From a virus (lineage: Duplodnaviria; Heunggongvirae; Uroviricota; Caudoviricetes), in IMG/VR virus record IMGVR_UViG_3300042868_003731, positions 153,967-217,966 of that record: a DNA stretch of 64,000 nucleotides; one strand, 5' to 3'. The position numbers were made by a program, and so were the translations under genes. The notes under the pieces were generated by a model. That model saw nothing but the letters and a program-made list of their open reading frames with translations. It did no database searches and was not told the DNA's origin. Below, piece after piece: positions 9,101-18,212 of this stretch (positions within the stretch are counted from its first letter, which is position 1; the number at the start of each line of letters is the position of its first letter).

Positions 9101-11265
9101 CAAACACAAATAAAATCGATATAACATCAAGCGGAACTAGTGTTATACTAAATGAAATTATAGGTATTGGTGCGACGTACAACGCAACTATAGAAAGCAT
9201 AAACAGTACAACTGAAATTATTGCACGAGAGAGTGTCGCAAACACCACTCTTACGAGCTCTGAGTATGCTGTTGGTACATCTCTCTTGCTTCGTGCAGAT
9301 GGCTTCGCTCTTCATAGACCATACGATGGCGGAGTTGAACTTATTCCGAGCACAAATCCAGACAGTACTATGATACGCCAGACACGTAAATATTTCCGTT
9401 ATCAGTCTGGTAAGGGTATTCAAGTTAGCTTTGCTGTTAACTTTAGTCCAACCACTACTATTGACTCGATGGTGTATGACACTGGAAACACGGCAATAAT
9501 AACGACTCGTTTTCCAAGTAGAGTGACAGAAGATTTGAGTATAACAGTAAGTGGAGCTACAGTTACTGCCGGACAAAATTATTGGAATGGGTCCTTTACG
9601 GTGGATAGCATCATAGACCCATATTCGTTTAGAGTCAACATCGGCGGCCAACCTGCCGATACTTTTGCGCTTGGTATTCCTGAGTACTATGTCAACACGT
9701 GGTCTAACAGTCTTCTAAAATGCGGCCTCTTTGATGATCAAAACGGACTATATTTTGAATATGACGGTTCGGAACTATATTGCTGTCGAAGAAGCAGTAC
9801 CCTTCAGATAAGCGGTACTGTATCTGTTCAGTTTAAGCAGGGTAACGTTGTTGGAACAAACACGAAGTTTCTTTCTCAATTAAACGCAGGCGGTCGAATA
9901 GTCATCAAAGGCCAAACTTATGTCATATCAGAGATAGCAAGTAACACTCTTCTTTACATACTTCCTAGTTATAGAGGAACGGATGCTACGAATGTAATCA
10001 TTACAAAAACGATTGACACTAAAATACCACAGTCTCAGTGGAATATTGACACCTGCGATGGAACCGGCTCGACTGGTTTCTATCTTAATACTAATAAGAT
10101 ACAGATGGCCTATATGGATTACAGCTGGTATGGTGCCGGTAAAGTGAGATTTGGTTTTAAAGATCAAAAAGGTAAAGTCGTATACGTTCATGAATTTATA
10201 CACAATAATAAACAAAACGAAGCTTATATGAGATCTGGTAATATACCAGGAAGATATGAGATTGAGAACGTTGGAGCTCCAACATATGTTCCGGCGCTAG
10301 CTCACTGGGGTACTTCTGTGATCATGGATGGAAGATATGACAACGACCGTGCATACGTGTTTGCTGCAAGCTCGAATACACTAAGTATTTCAGGAACCGC
10401 GAGTATCGTAGCTAACGGTGCAATTGCAAATACTTCATTATACTATGTTCTATCACAAGGCCAATTTAGAACAGCAAACTATGCTATTGAAGTTGTGACT
10501 CCAAGCACAGCATTAAACGCGATTCCTGCTGGCGTGTCTATAACTGGTAACGGAATTACTGGAAGACTAACCGCAAACCCACTGGACACTAGAACTACTC
10601 CATTCCAAGCGTACCTTCCAAGCGTTTCTTCAAGAATACAATTTCCAGGAAACGTCGCTTCTACTGCTACAAGAAACCTTATTCTATTGAACGGTCCTCC
10701 AACAGCAACTGCAGCAGCGAACAACTACACTGTAACTCTTTCTGCTGCAACTACTTCCGTTGTGTACGAACAACCTCTTATTAGCATTCGTCTAGCTCCT
10801 AGCGTTGACAACGGAACGCCAGGAAATCTTGGAGAAAGAGAGATCATAAATCGTATGCAACTGATCTTAGATAGCGTTGGTATTCTGACGACTCACAGCT
10901 GCGAGGTTCTTCTGAAATTGAACGGCAAGTTGAATAACTATGACTGGAAGAGAGTTGCGAACCCGAGCTTGAGTCAACTTATCTATCACGATTCGTCGGA
11001 TAGAATCACCGAAGGAACTACGGTGTATACGTTCAGAGCGCAGGGTACATCGGGCACAACCGCTCGTTCACAAAACAATATCATAGTTTCTCTCGATGAA
11101 ATCGCGACACTTGGAAACTCTATCCTCGGTGGAGACGGAACATTCCCAGATGGCCCAGATGTTCTAACTCTTGTTGTTAAGCTTTTAGAAGATCCTAGTA
11201 ATGTTACCGCAGCAAATCCATTCGTGGTTGCTGGTAGAATAGGTTGGTCTGAATCTCAAGCTTAA
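6109..11265 (+). CDS. Very large (1718 aa) Thr/Ser/Gly/Asn-rich virion structural protein (fibre/baseplate-associated?)
   Basis: Long uninterrupted ORF. It lies directly upstream of the gp13-gp14 neck genes, is preceded by a late promoter and followed by a terminator. Composition is typical of fibrous phage proteins; no specific family recognised. Confidence 0.6.
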   Translation: MAKVLIPSYTFTPSTDTIVIDGIYRLERFLLITNVTDNQIIFSFADSAKGISNYTINTTAETTTLVLTYDCSAMSASDKLQIFVEKDNQSFEPSETFVDPVSKLRISQPENLIDTDFEYGLQSTKWETLELVKNIPTFYSRTGDTSFSITSMSTINGSDLVTVELGEVHNFISGSPVIVSGSRSISCDGGFVVTNIISTTSFQYKSKSIQNFTGSILDTFTQIFAGSLYQGTEFDISGISAITTSGSGNTALTVTTAYPTNFTPGTSFFLTNSKGVVDLDIDASLVEANNFVTSTVTSTNNTATGETGSFALGAVQPYNYSGDSSKGSPVLYFRNSAVTIDAGAGVETITFPTAHGLSDNFPYVYVAGEGNTVIGGLTTFNWYYVRVVNPTTIYLTTTSGSTTRVNLSGAGTDGGVMRSAFIRGTRVSGVATATEIVTFVEPHNLTNSDNNVPLLFFGPGGAGNVSVSTDLLSSYTPYYVSVVSGATTMTIRTTPTGATLNMTTTTNGAVMIAASLLPDFDTIWFSNHGFETGDIATYTVQSGTAIGGITSSTAYRIEKVNVNRVRFTSVSNGAQINLTSFGSAAGQYRISGNYSILNNDSIFAPSNTLIDGSSVLYNNNGNSNISGLTSGDFYYVFQKSQNNFKLATTTAGFKTVERTFTQSSAVNVSTDVITTAVAHGFTNGDAVQYLSSTPISGLRSGAWYWARIGTTTTLTLHWTKAGANANTDRVDIGGPLSGSGSLRAADLVDIAASGTATHTFSATTPGAADGVYTLVDNITSNTFTVSTANVSVPLRIISINPNLFLDLSKSAFYSLTHGLRTGTAVEYNTTGTAIGGLTDSTTYYVIRVSKNWFRLASSEQNAIDGVSITLTSKGTGTDHTITTSTVSGEVLGPGTVTITAGETTITGTDTNFPSLFTRGNEFFVYESQTIGANVTVSSINTTTDVITTSASHGYITEDAVFVSSDSTPGGITEDGIYYVNVLSSTTLQLHPTPATATANTNKIDITSSGTSVILNEIIGIGATYNATIESINSTTEIIARESVANTTLTSSEYAVGTSLLLRADGFALHRPYDGGVELIPSTNPDSTMIRQTRKYFRYQSGKGIQVSFAVNFSPTTTIDSMVYDTGNTAIITTRFPSRVTEDLSITVSGATVTAGQNYWNGSFTVDSIIDPYSFRVNIGGQPADTFALGIPEYYVNTWSNSLLKCGLFDDQNGLYFEYDGSELYCCRRSSTLQISGTVSVQFKQGNVVGTNTKFLSQLNAGGRIVIKGQTYVISEIASNTLLYILPSYRGTDATNVIITKTIDTKIPQSQWNIDTCDGTGSTGFYLNTNKIQMAYMDYSWYGAGKVRFGFKDQKGKVVYVHEFIHNNKQNEAYMRSGNIPGRYEIENVGAPTYVPALAHWGTSVIMDGRYDNDRAYVFAASSNTLSISGTASIVANGAIANTSLYYVLSQGQFRTANYAIEVVTPSTALNAIPAGVSITGNGITGRLTANPLDTRTTPFQAYLPSVSSRIQFPGNVASTATRNLILLNGPPTATAAANNYTVTLSAATTSVVYEQPLISIRLAPSVDNGTPGNLGEREIINRMQLILDSVGILTTHSCEVLLKLNGKLNNYDWKRVANPSLSQLIYHDSSDRITEGTTVYTFRAQGTSGTTARSQNNIIVSLDEIATLGNSILGGDGTFPDGPDVLTLVVKLLEDPSNVTAANPFVVAGRIGWSESQA

Positions 11266-11294
11266 TTACAAAGTGGATCTATTGCATTTTGATA

Positions 11295-11330
11295 AAGTAA
11301 GGCTGTCGAATAGATCGCCTTACTTTTTAT
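11295..11330 (+). terminator. Rho-independent terminator after the 1718-aa gene
   Basis: Stem AAGTAAGGC/GCCTTACTT (9 bp) with a 13-nt loop, followed by TTTTT. Confidence 0.5.
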
Positions 11331-11335
11331 AAATA
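11328..11335 (+). promoter_or_regulatory. T4-type late promoter box TATAAATA upstream of gp13
   Basis: Exact TATAAATA, 25 nt before the ATG. Confidence 0.5.
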
Positions 11336-11359
11336 GATCAAAAAGTAAGGTGATCAAAC

Positions 11360-12103
11360 ATGGCACGTCCTTCAACAAGAAGCGAATTCAAAGATTATGT
11401 TCTTAGAAAGATCGGTGCACCAGTCATTCAGATCAACGTTTCTGACGAACAGATAGAAGATCGTATTGACGAGGCAATAGCATTCTGGAGAGACTATCAC
11501 TACGATGGTAGCCAGATGATATATCTTAAACACGCGCTAACTCAAGAAGAGATAGATCAGGGATATGTAGAAGTACCTGAGAGCATGCTTGGCATTACTC
11601 GTATCTTTGATCTTAGTTCATCGATCTCGACCGGAACTGGCTTCTTCAACGTTCAGTATCAGTTCGTTTTGAATAATCTCGAAGACATAACCGGTTATAA
11701 CATTCAGCATTACTACATGGCTCTATCGCACCTACAATTTCTTCAGGAAATTCTCGTGGGTAAACCTCTTATAAGATATAACCGCCACATAAATCGTTTG
11801 TATCTCGATGTAAATAAGAACATCTTAAATCCTGGGTCGTTTATCATTATAGAAGGATACGACATTATTGATGGCAACACATATTCCGATGTATGGAGCG
11901 ATCGCTTTCTTCAGAACTATGCGTCTATCCTAATACGTGAGCAGTGGGGTGTAAACCTAACAAAGTTCACAAACATGCAGCTTATCGGTGGTGTTCAGTT
12001 CAACGGTGAACAGATCCTATCGGAAGCAAAGGCAGACCGCAAAGAGATGGAAGAAAACGCGAAGACTTCACTTCAACCACTCGTTTACAATTTCGTTGGA
12101 TGA
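11360..12103 (+). CDS. 13: Neck protein gp13
   Basis: 'EFKDYVLRKIGAPVIQINVSDEQIEDRIDEAIAFWRDYHYDG' parallels T4 gp13 '[32 protein letters not shown]..YHFDG'. The T4 gene order is conserved. Confidence 0.75.
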   Translation: MARPSTRSEFKDYVLRKIGAPVIQINVSDEQIEDRIDEAIAFWRDYHYDGSQMIYLKHALTQEEIDQGYVEVPESMLGITRIFDLSSSISTGTGFFNVQYQFVLNNLEDITGYNIQHYYMALSHLQFLQEILVGKPLIRYNRHINRLYLDVNKNILNPGSFIIIEGYDIIDGNTYSDVWSDRFLQNYASILIREQWGVNLTKFTNMQLIGGVQFNGEQILSEAKADRKEMEENAKTSLQPLVYNFVG

Positions 12104-12106
12104 TAA

Positions 12107-12853
12107 ATGGCGACTAACGTCTTTTTTCAAAACTATGGATACTTCAATGAGCAACAACTCATTGACGACTTGGTCATTGAAGCAATTCAGATCTATGGCG
12201 TTGATACTTACTACTTAACTAGAAAGTTAGAAGCAACGGATCACATACTTAACGAAGACGATCTGTCTATCTTTAATGCTGCTTACTCGATGGAAGTTTA
12301 TGTAAAGAGTGTTGACGGGTTCCAAGGTGAAGGCGACTTTCTTAGTAAGTTTGGTCTTCAGATACGTGATCAAGTTACTTTCACAGTTGCTATGAGAACG
12401 TTTGAAAGATATGCGACAAGACTGAACACTACATTAATACGTCCTAAAGAAGGCGACCTAGTCTACCTGCCGTTGAACGATAAGTTCTTTAAGATAATGT
12501 TTGTTGAACACGAGAGTGTATTCTATCAGAGTGGATCACTGCAAGTTTTTGATCTTAAGTGTGAACTATTCGAATACTCGAACGAAATGTTCAATACCGG
12601 AATCCAAGAGATAGACACTTACTTCGATAGCATAAATACAGAAGATCCGCATGTATATTCTCTTGATAAACTTCTAAGCAAGGATCCGATAGCTAAGAAC
12701 ATATTCTTTGAAGAAGAAGGTGAAGATATCATCGACTTTACAGAGATAGATCCGTTTAGTGAGATTATTACTAGACCAACGAATTATTCAATCACCGCCG
12801 ACAGTAACAATATAACTGCTGACACTACTGAGATCACAGCAGACACCGTATAA
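12107..12853 (+). CDS. 14: Neck protein gp14
   Basis: Motifs FQNYGY, RPKEGDL, KIMFVEHES.FYQSG and CELFEYSNE match T4 gp14 (IQNYGY, RPKEGDL, KFVEHESPFYQMG, CELFQYSHE). Confidence 0.8.
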   Translation: MATNVFFQNYGYFNEQQLIDDLVIEAIQIYGVDTYYLTRKLEATDHILNEDDLSIFNAAYSMEVYVKSVDGFQGEGDFLSKFGLQIRDQVTFTVAMRTFERYATRLNTTLIRPKEGDLVYLPLNDKFFKIMFVEHESVFYQSGSLQVFDLKCELFEYSNEMFNTGIQEIDTYFDSINTEDPHVYSLDKLLSKDPIAKNIFFEEEGEDIIDFTEIDPFSEIITRPTNYSITADSNNITADTTEITADTV

Positions 12854-12862
12854 GAGGAAGAC

Positions 12863-15265
12863 ATGGCAAAGCAAACCATCAATATCGGTACAACAGCGAA
12901 CGATAGAACCGGTGATCCGTTAAGAACGGCATTCACGAAGATTAACCAGAACTTTACTGAACTCTATAACGATGACGCTGCAGATTTTTCTGGAAACTAT
13001 AACGATCTGTCGAATAAGCCAAACTTAAACTTGTATCAGTTAGTAAGTACCGCTTTTTCTGGTGACTATGATGACTTGGATAACAAACCAACGATACCAA
13101 CTGACATTTCTGATCTTACAGATGCGAATAATTTAATTGTATCTGACGTGTCAGACTTGACGGATACTTCCAATATCATTGAAAGAAAATATAGTATCAT
13201 AAAACAGAACTATGTTATTAAAGATAAGGCAGCGACCGCAATTGAAAATGGTGAGCTTATACCACAAGACTTAAGCGAAAACTATATAGGTAACACTGAG
13301 GACACTCGTGTTCTAAACTTTAGCACAGAGTCTGAGGACGGCGCTTCTTTCTCTACTCTTTTTGAAAGCGCGGTATTTAATAAGCAAGCTTTTGAACTGT
13401 TCATTACAGATCACCAAGGTAACGATGACGTATTCTTTACAAAGGCGGTGTCATATATACCAACCGACACAAACAACTATAGAGGGTTTAGCGCGTCGTT
13501 CTCTACAATATATAACACCGGTATACCAAGTATAAATCAAATCGTAATTACATCAGAAGCCGTAAACCCAAATACAAGTGTTACACAAACTGAGGACGAC
13601 GATTTCGCAGTTTCGAATATAAGTGGTTCCGCAACGGTTGCTGTTATATCAATCTTTAGAGGTTCTGAAGATCCGATCGGAAGAGGACAGCTGTGGGAAT
13701 TCTTTAAAGAGTACGTTGATCTAGTTCTATACACAGGAGATACTCAGAATAGCACTGCGACTATAAAGACTAGGTTCTATCAACATATTGAGTCTCTTAA
13801 GTCAAAAGTTCCAGTTCTTTATCCAGATTTTTGGTTCTACGAAGGTAGCGAAATAACTGCCAATTCGAGCATAGTTACGGGCGGGTCTGGAACTGGCGCC
13901 GCATTCGGTCTGCTTTTTGGTAGATATGAAGGCGAGTCTTGGAGAGACAATAGCTTACTTAATGGCGGGACTGGTTATGAAGTCGGCGACACTCTAACGA
14001 TATTGGGAACTAACTTAGGTGGAACTAGTAACAATAATGTAAGTATTCTAATCTCGGGTGCTGATGAAAACGGTGTTATTACCTCATACACAGTTTCAGG
14101 AACGGCCGTGAATATATGGCCTGCTACTGAAATTTCAGGTGGTGGATCTGGCCAGTACGATACTTCCGGAAATATTATAAACACGAACCGATCAACGGGC
14201 ATAGATTATAATGATGGCAACAGAGTACCATCTGCTGGAACTGCAGCCACACCGTTTGGATCGGCAAGTAGCTATGTAACTCTATATAAAGACTCTATCT
14301 TTTCTATGGTTGCAAAAGATGCAGACATAACGAGTGTATACTTCTCAGGTACACTTGGATCCGAAGGCGACATAGAAAAGACGCATGGAGAGCTTGAAGG
14401 AGTAATCGGTTATAAAGTAGAAGTTGGCGGCCTATCTGTAACAGGGAACTGGGTTGAAGATAGAGAGTACACCGTTTCTTACAGCTATGCAGGGTATGAT
14501 TTCCCAAGAACTGCGGCTGGTTCTATAACCAGTACAAATGTGTCTAACTGGAACACAGCTTATTCTTGGGGTGATCATGCTCTAGCTGGGTATTTAACAG
14601 GAGCAGCTTCATTCACTGAGTTGGAAGACATAATCCCGGCAGAAGATCTAACTTACGACATCGGTTCTCTGTCAAACTATTGGAGCGACCTCTATGTAAA
14701 TACAATATTTATGAAAGGTGACGAGTTCAATGACACGTCTGGAAGTATAAGAACTGACTTTTCTTCGATTCTATTCACTGCTATTCCTGCAAACACGGTT
14801 TCAGTCGCTGCAAACACCGGACCTTTCTATGCTATAGGGCTGTTTCCGACAGTAGACTCAGGTTCTGAGGACCATTTTATAATCGTAGATGCAATAAGAC
14901 CGAATGATATTCGTATCCGTGCCGGCGGAATTGAAGATGACAGTGAGTCGAATTTAACAATAGGCGGAAATAACAGTTACTTTAGAGTTGAGTCCGGATT
15001 AAATCCTGATTTACAAGTCGCTGCAAATAACAATGTTTGGACATTTGGTGCGAATGGATCTATAATTTTTCCAGACGAAACCTTACAGAATACTGCCTGG
15101 TCTGGCGGAAGGGTAGTGCCAGTTCCATCAAGTAGTATTGGGGCATTAGGAGATAAGACTGGCGACATATCCTTTAGTTCTTCTTACATATATTATTGCA
15201 CTGCGAACTATAATGGTTCTACTAATATCTGGAAAAGAACTGCTTGGTCACTAGACACTTGGTAA
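12863..15265 (+). CDS. Tail-fibre-like structural protein (800 aa) with a conserved phage-fibre N-terminal motif
   Basis: N-terminus 'TINIGTTANDRTGDPLRTAFTKINQNFTELY' is the widespread phage tail-fibre N-terminal box. The C-terminus 'YIYYCTANYNGSTNIWKRTAW' has a fibre-tip-like appearance. Confidence 0.55.
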   Translation: MAKQTINIGTTANDRTGDPLRTAFTKINQNFTELYNDDAADFSGNYNDLSNKPNLNLYQLVSTAFSGDYDDLDNKPTIPTDISDLTDANNLIVSDVSDLTDTSNIIERKYSIIKQNYVIKDKAATAIENGELIPQDLSENYIGNTEDTRVLNFSTESEDGASFSTLFESAVFNKQAFELFITDHQGNDDVFFTKAVSYIPTDTNNYRGFSASFSTIYNTGIPSINQIVITSEAVNPNTSVTQTEDDDFAVSNISGSATVAVISIFRGSEDPIGRGQLWEFFKEYVDLVLYTGDTQNSTATIKTRFYQHIESLKSKVPVLYPDFWFYEGSEITANSSIVTGGSGTGAAFGLLFGRYEGESWRDNSLLNGGTGYEVGDTLTILGTNLGGTSNNNVSILISGADENGVITSYTVSGTAVNIWPATEISGGGSGQYDTSGNIINTNRSTGIDYNDGNRVPSAGTAATPFGSASSYVTLYKDSIFSMVAKDADITSVYFSGTLGSEGDIEKTHGELEGVIGYKVEVGGLSVTGNWVEDREYTVSYSYAGYDFPRTAAGSITSTNVSNWNTAYSWGDHALAGYLTGAASFTELEDIIPAEDLTYDIGSLSNYWSDLYVNTIFMKGDEFNDTSGSIRTDFSSILFTAIPANTVSVAANTGPFYAIGLFPTVDSGSEDHFIIVDAIRPNDIRIRAGGIEDDSESNLTIGGNNSYFRVESGLNPDLQVAANNNVWTFGANGSIIFPDETLQNTAWSGGRVVPVPSSSIGALGDKTGDISFSSSYIYYCTANYNGSTNIWKRTAWSLDTW

Positions 15266-15274
15266 GGAAAATAC

Positions 15275-16090
15275 ATGGCCTTTGTAAATCACTTCTATAA
15301 TGCGACTACGCGGAAGTATGTTGCGCTATTCGGTACTATCTTTAATAAGATCTCGATCACTCGAGACGGCTTAGATGGTGCTGAAGTGCAGCGTATGGTA
15401 GTTCCAATTGCATACGGCCCGTTTCAAAAGTTTCTTGCTCGTATCACGCAGGATCCAGATCTAACTCGTAAGACTGCTATCTCTCTTCCTCGTATGTCTT
15501 TTGAAATCACAAATATGACATACGATGGAGCGAGAAAGATACCATCGAAGCAAAAGATTCAAAAGAACCTAGGTGAGACAGATAGCCAAAAATCATATGT
15601 GTGGACGGCGACACCATATAACCTCGACTTTTCTCTTTATATAATGACTAAGTATTCGGAAGATGCAACAAAGATCGTAGAGCAGATCATACCATTCTTT
15701 AAACCAGAGTGGACAGCTACGGTTAAGTTGATTAACGACCTTGATCCTATTGATATTCCTATCATTTTGAATGGAATTACGAACGAGGATCTATACGAAG
15801 GAGGCTTTGAAGAAAGAAGATCCGTCCTATGGACTCTTAACTTTACTATGAAGGGCTGGTACTTTGGTCCTGAAAGAGAAAAGAAGATCATTAAGTTCAT
15901 AGACACAGATATCTGGACATCTATGGACGCATCTTCGGATCCTTCTGAAGGTGTCAATGTATATCCAGGTCTAACCGCAAACAACGTGCCGACGACAGAT
16001 CCTGACCTAACTATTCCATACGAAGAAATCCAGTTTGACGATGATTGGGGAATCATACGAGTCATAACAAGTAACCCAGAAGAAGAGTGA
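15275..16090 (+). CDS. 15: Tail sheath stabiliser / tail completion protein gp15
   Basis: 'MAFVNHFYNATTRKYVALFGTIFNKISITR...VVPIAYGPFQKF' parallels T4 gp15 'MFGYFYNSSFRRYATLMGDLFSNIQIKRQ...IRVPITYASKEHF'. Length is 271 aa versus 272 in T4. Confidence 0.75.
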   Translation: MAFVNHFYNATTRKYVALFGTIFNKISITRDGLDGAEVQRMVVPIAYGPFQKFLARITQDPDLTRKTAISLPRMSFEITNMTYDGARKIPSKQKIQKNLGETDSQKSYVWTATPYNLDFSLYIMTKYSEDATKIVEQIIPFFKPEWTATVKLINDLDPIDIPIILNGITNEDLYEGGFEERRSVLWTLNFTMKGWYFGPEREKKIIKFIDTDIWTSMDASSDPSEGVNVYPGLTANNVPTTDPDLTIPYEEIQFDDDWGIIRVITSNPEEE

Positions 16091-16527
16091 AAATGAACAA
16101 TGATAAAATTTCAGAGGTTCTTGGTCTTAGACCTTTAGAAGAAGCAAAATCAGAAGAACTTGTGGTTGTATACGAAGAAAAGGAAGTCATCACTGCTGTT
16201 GCAACAGTCGTAGAAGACGATGAAACAATTCGAGATATCGAACAGGTTCGCGGAAACATCAAGAACATTATAGAGCAAGGCGATGACGCATTAAAGGAAA
16301 TGATTAGTCTTGCAAAACAATCTGAGTCTCCACGTGCGTTTGAAGTTGCGTCAACTCTTATGAAGACTCTCCTCGATGCTAACAAAGATTTCGTTGAAAT
16401 CTCTACGAAGAAGAAGTACGCAATTGAAGAAAAGAATGGTCCTAAGGAAGCTGCTCAGACGAACGTAACGAATAACAATCTCATACTCTCGACAGCAGAT
16501 CTTCTTAAGATGTTAAAGGGTGAATAA
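16087..16527 (+). CDS. 16: Terminase small subunit gp16
   Basis: 'SPRAFEVASTLMKTL' matches T4 gp16 'SPRHMEVFATLMGQM'. Immediately precedes TerL with a TAATG overlap. Confidence 0.7.
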   Translation: MKMNNDKISEVLGLRPLEEAKSEELVVVYEEKEVITAVATVVEDDETIRDIEQVRGNIKNIIEQGDDALKEMISLAKQSESPRAFEVASTLMKTLLDANKDFVEISTKKKYAIEEKNGPKEAAQTNVTNNNLILSTADLLKMLKGE

Positions 16528-18140
16528 TGGGTGACGGATATCTTGGTAATATACACTTAAAGAAAACTGGTGAACCAATCGAATGGACGCCGGAACTCAT
16601 AAAGGAATACGTTAAGTGTTCTGAAGATCCAATATATTTCGCTAAGAAGTATATTAAGATCGTTCACGTTGATCACGGTCTCATTCCTCTCGACATGTAT
16701 GACTATCAGAAAGAGATAGTTGAAAAGATTACAAACAATCGTCGTCTTGCAGTTCTTACGGCTCGCCAGTCTGGTAAAACGACTACGGCCGTCGCAGTGA
16801 TTCTACACTACATACTCTTTAACGAGTTTAAGACTGTCGCCATCCTTGCGAACAAGGGAGACGCAGCGAGGGAAGTTCTTGCTCGTATTAAACTTGCGTA
16901 TGAAGCTCTACCTAAGTGGCTACAGCAGGGCATTGAAGAATGGAACAAAGGAAACATCGCTCTCGAGAACGGATGTAACGTTTTGGCCGGAACAACGTCT
17001 TCTTCGGCTATTCGTGGTAAGACGGTGTCGTTCCTCTATCTAGACGAGGTAGCCTTCATCGAGGGATACGATGAATTCTTTGCATCGGTATATCCAACCA
17101 TTTCATCAGGCGAGTCTACAAAGCTTCTAATGACCTCTACACCAAACGGATTGAACCACTTTTGGAAAACATGTAAGGGAGCCGAAGAAGGCACTAACGG
17201 TTACGAATACGTTAAAGTCATGTGGTATGACGTCCCTGGCCGTGATGAGAAATGGAGAAAAGAAACGATCGAGTCGCTCGATCACGACGAGGAAAAGTTC
17301 AATCAGGAATACTGCTGTCAGTTCCTCGGATCTTCTGGTACTCTCATATCGGGTTCAAAGCTCAAAGAGCTGTCATACTCAACACCACTATACGCAAACG
17401 AAGGTCTTTCACAATATGAAAAGCCAGTCGGTAATCATGTGTATGCGATGACTGTTGACGTATCGAGAGGAAAGGGTCTAGACTATTCTACCTTTAGCGT
17501 GATAGATATAACTTCTATGCCATATAAACAGGTATGTACATTTAGAGATAACTTTGTATCGCCGATTGATTTCGCTTCGATAATATATAGAGTAGGTACC
17601 GCATATAATGGAGCCTTGATTCTAACTGAGATTAACGACATCGGAGCTCAAGTGTCTGATACTCTTATCATGGATTTTGGATATGAAAATATGCTTTACA
17701 CTGAGAACGCTGGAAGAGAAGGAAAGCGTATTTCAAATGGTTTCGGAAAAATAACCGATACAGGAATAAGAACCACAAAATCTGTGAAGGCCGTTGGGTG
17801 TTCTATGCTTAAGCTATTAATCGAACAGAACCAGTTACTCATTAATGATTTTCAAACTATCCAAGAACTATCACGTTTTTCAAAAAAGGCGAACTCATAC
17901 GAAGCAGAACCGGGATCTCACGACGATTTAGTTATGAACCTCGTATTATTTGCTTGGTTGACTAACCAGGCGTATTTCAAAGAGATTACTGACATTAATA
18001 CGCTGCACAGATTAAGAGAGAAGACCGAAGAACAGATCGAAGATGATCTTCTTCCCTTTGGGTTTATTGATATAGGCGCCGACGACCTAAAACCTGGTTG
18101 GAAGCAGGCATCCGATAAATCAGACAACTGGATGATGTAA
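16527..18140 (+). CDS. 17: Terminase large subunit gp17 (ATPase/nuclease)
   Basis: 'DYQKEIVEKI...LTARQSGKTTTAVAVILHYILFNEFKTVAILANKGDAAREVL...LPKWLQQGIEEWNKGNIALENG' closely parallels T4 gp17 '[70 protein letters not shown]'. Confidence 0.9.
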   Translation: MGDGYLGNIHLKKTGEPIEWTPELIKEYVKCSEDPIYFAKKYIKIVHVDHGLIPLDMYDYQKEIVEKITNNRRLAVLTARQSGKTTTAVAVILHYILFNEFKTVAILANKGDAAREVLARIKLAYEALPKWLQQGIEEWNKGNIALENGCNVLAGTTSSSAIRGKTVSFLYLDEVAFIEGYDEFFASVYPTISSGESTKLLMTSTPNGLNHFWKTCKGAEEGTNGYEYVKVMWYDVPGRDEKWRKETIESLDHDEEKFNQEYCCQFLGSSGTLISGSKLKELSYSTPLYANEGLSQYEKPVGNHVYAMTVDVSRGKGLDYSTFSVIDITSMPYKQVCTFRDNFVSPIDFASIIYRVGTAYNGALILTEINDIGAQVSDTLIMDFGYENMLYTENAGREGKRISNGFGKITDTGIRTTKSVKAVGCSMLKLLIEQNQLLINDFQTIQELSRFSKKANSYEAEPGSHDDLVMNLVLFAWLTNQAYFKEITDINTLHRLREKTEEQIEDDLLPFGFIDIGADDLKPGWKQASDKSDNWMM

Positions 18141-18151
18141 AATCTCGTTAT

Positions 18152-18159
18152 TATAAATA
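18152..18159 (+). promoter_or_regulatory. T4-type late promoter box TATAAATA upstream of gp18
   Basis: Exact TATAAATA, 53 nt before the ATG. An AAGGAG RBS follows. Confidence 0.5.
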
Positions 18160-18212
18160 AAGAAGAAAAGATTGAAACTTATCAAATAAATCTTACGAAA
18201 AAGGAGAAAAAT

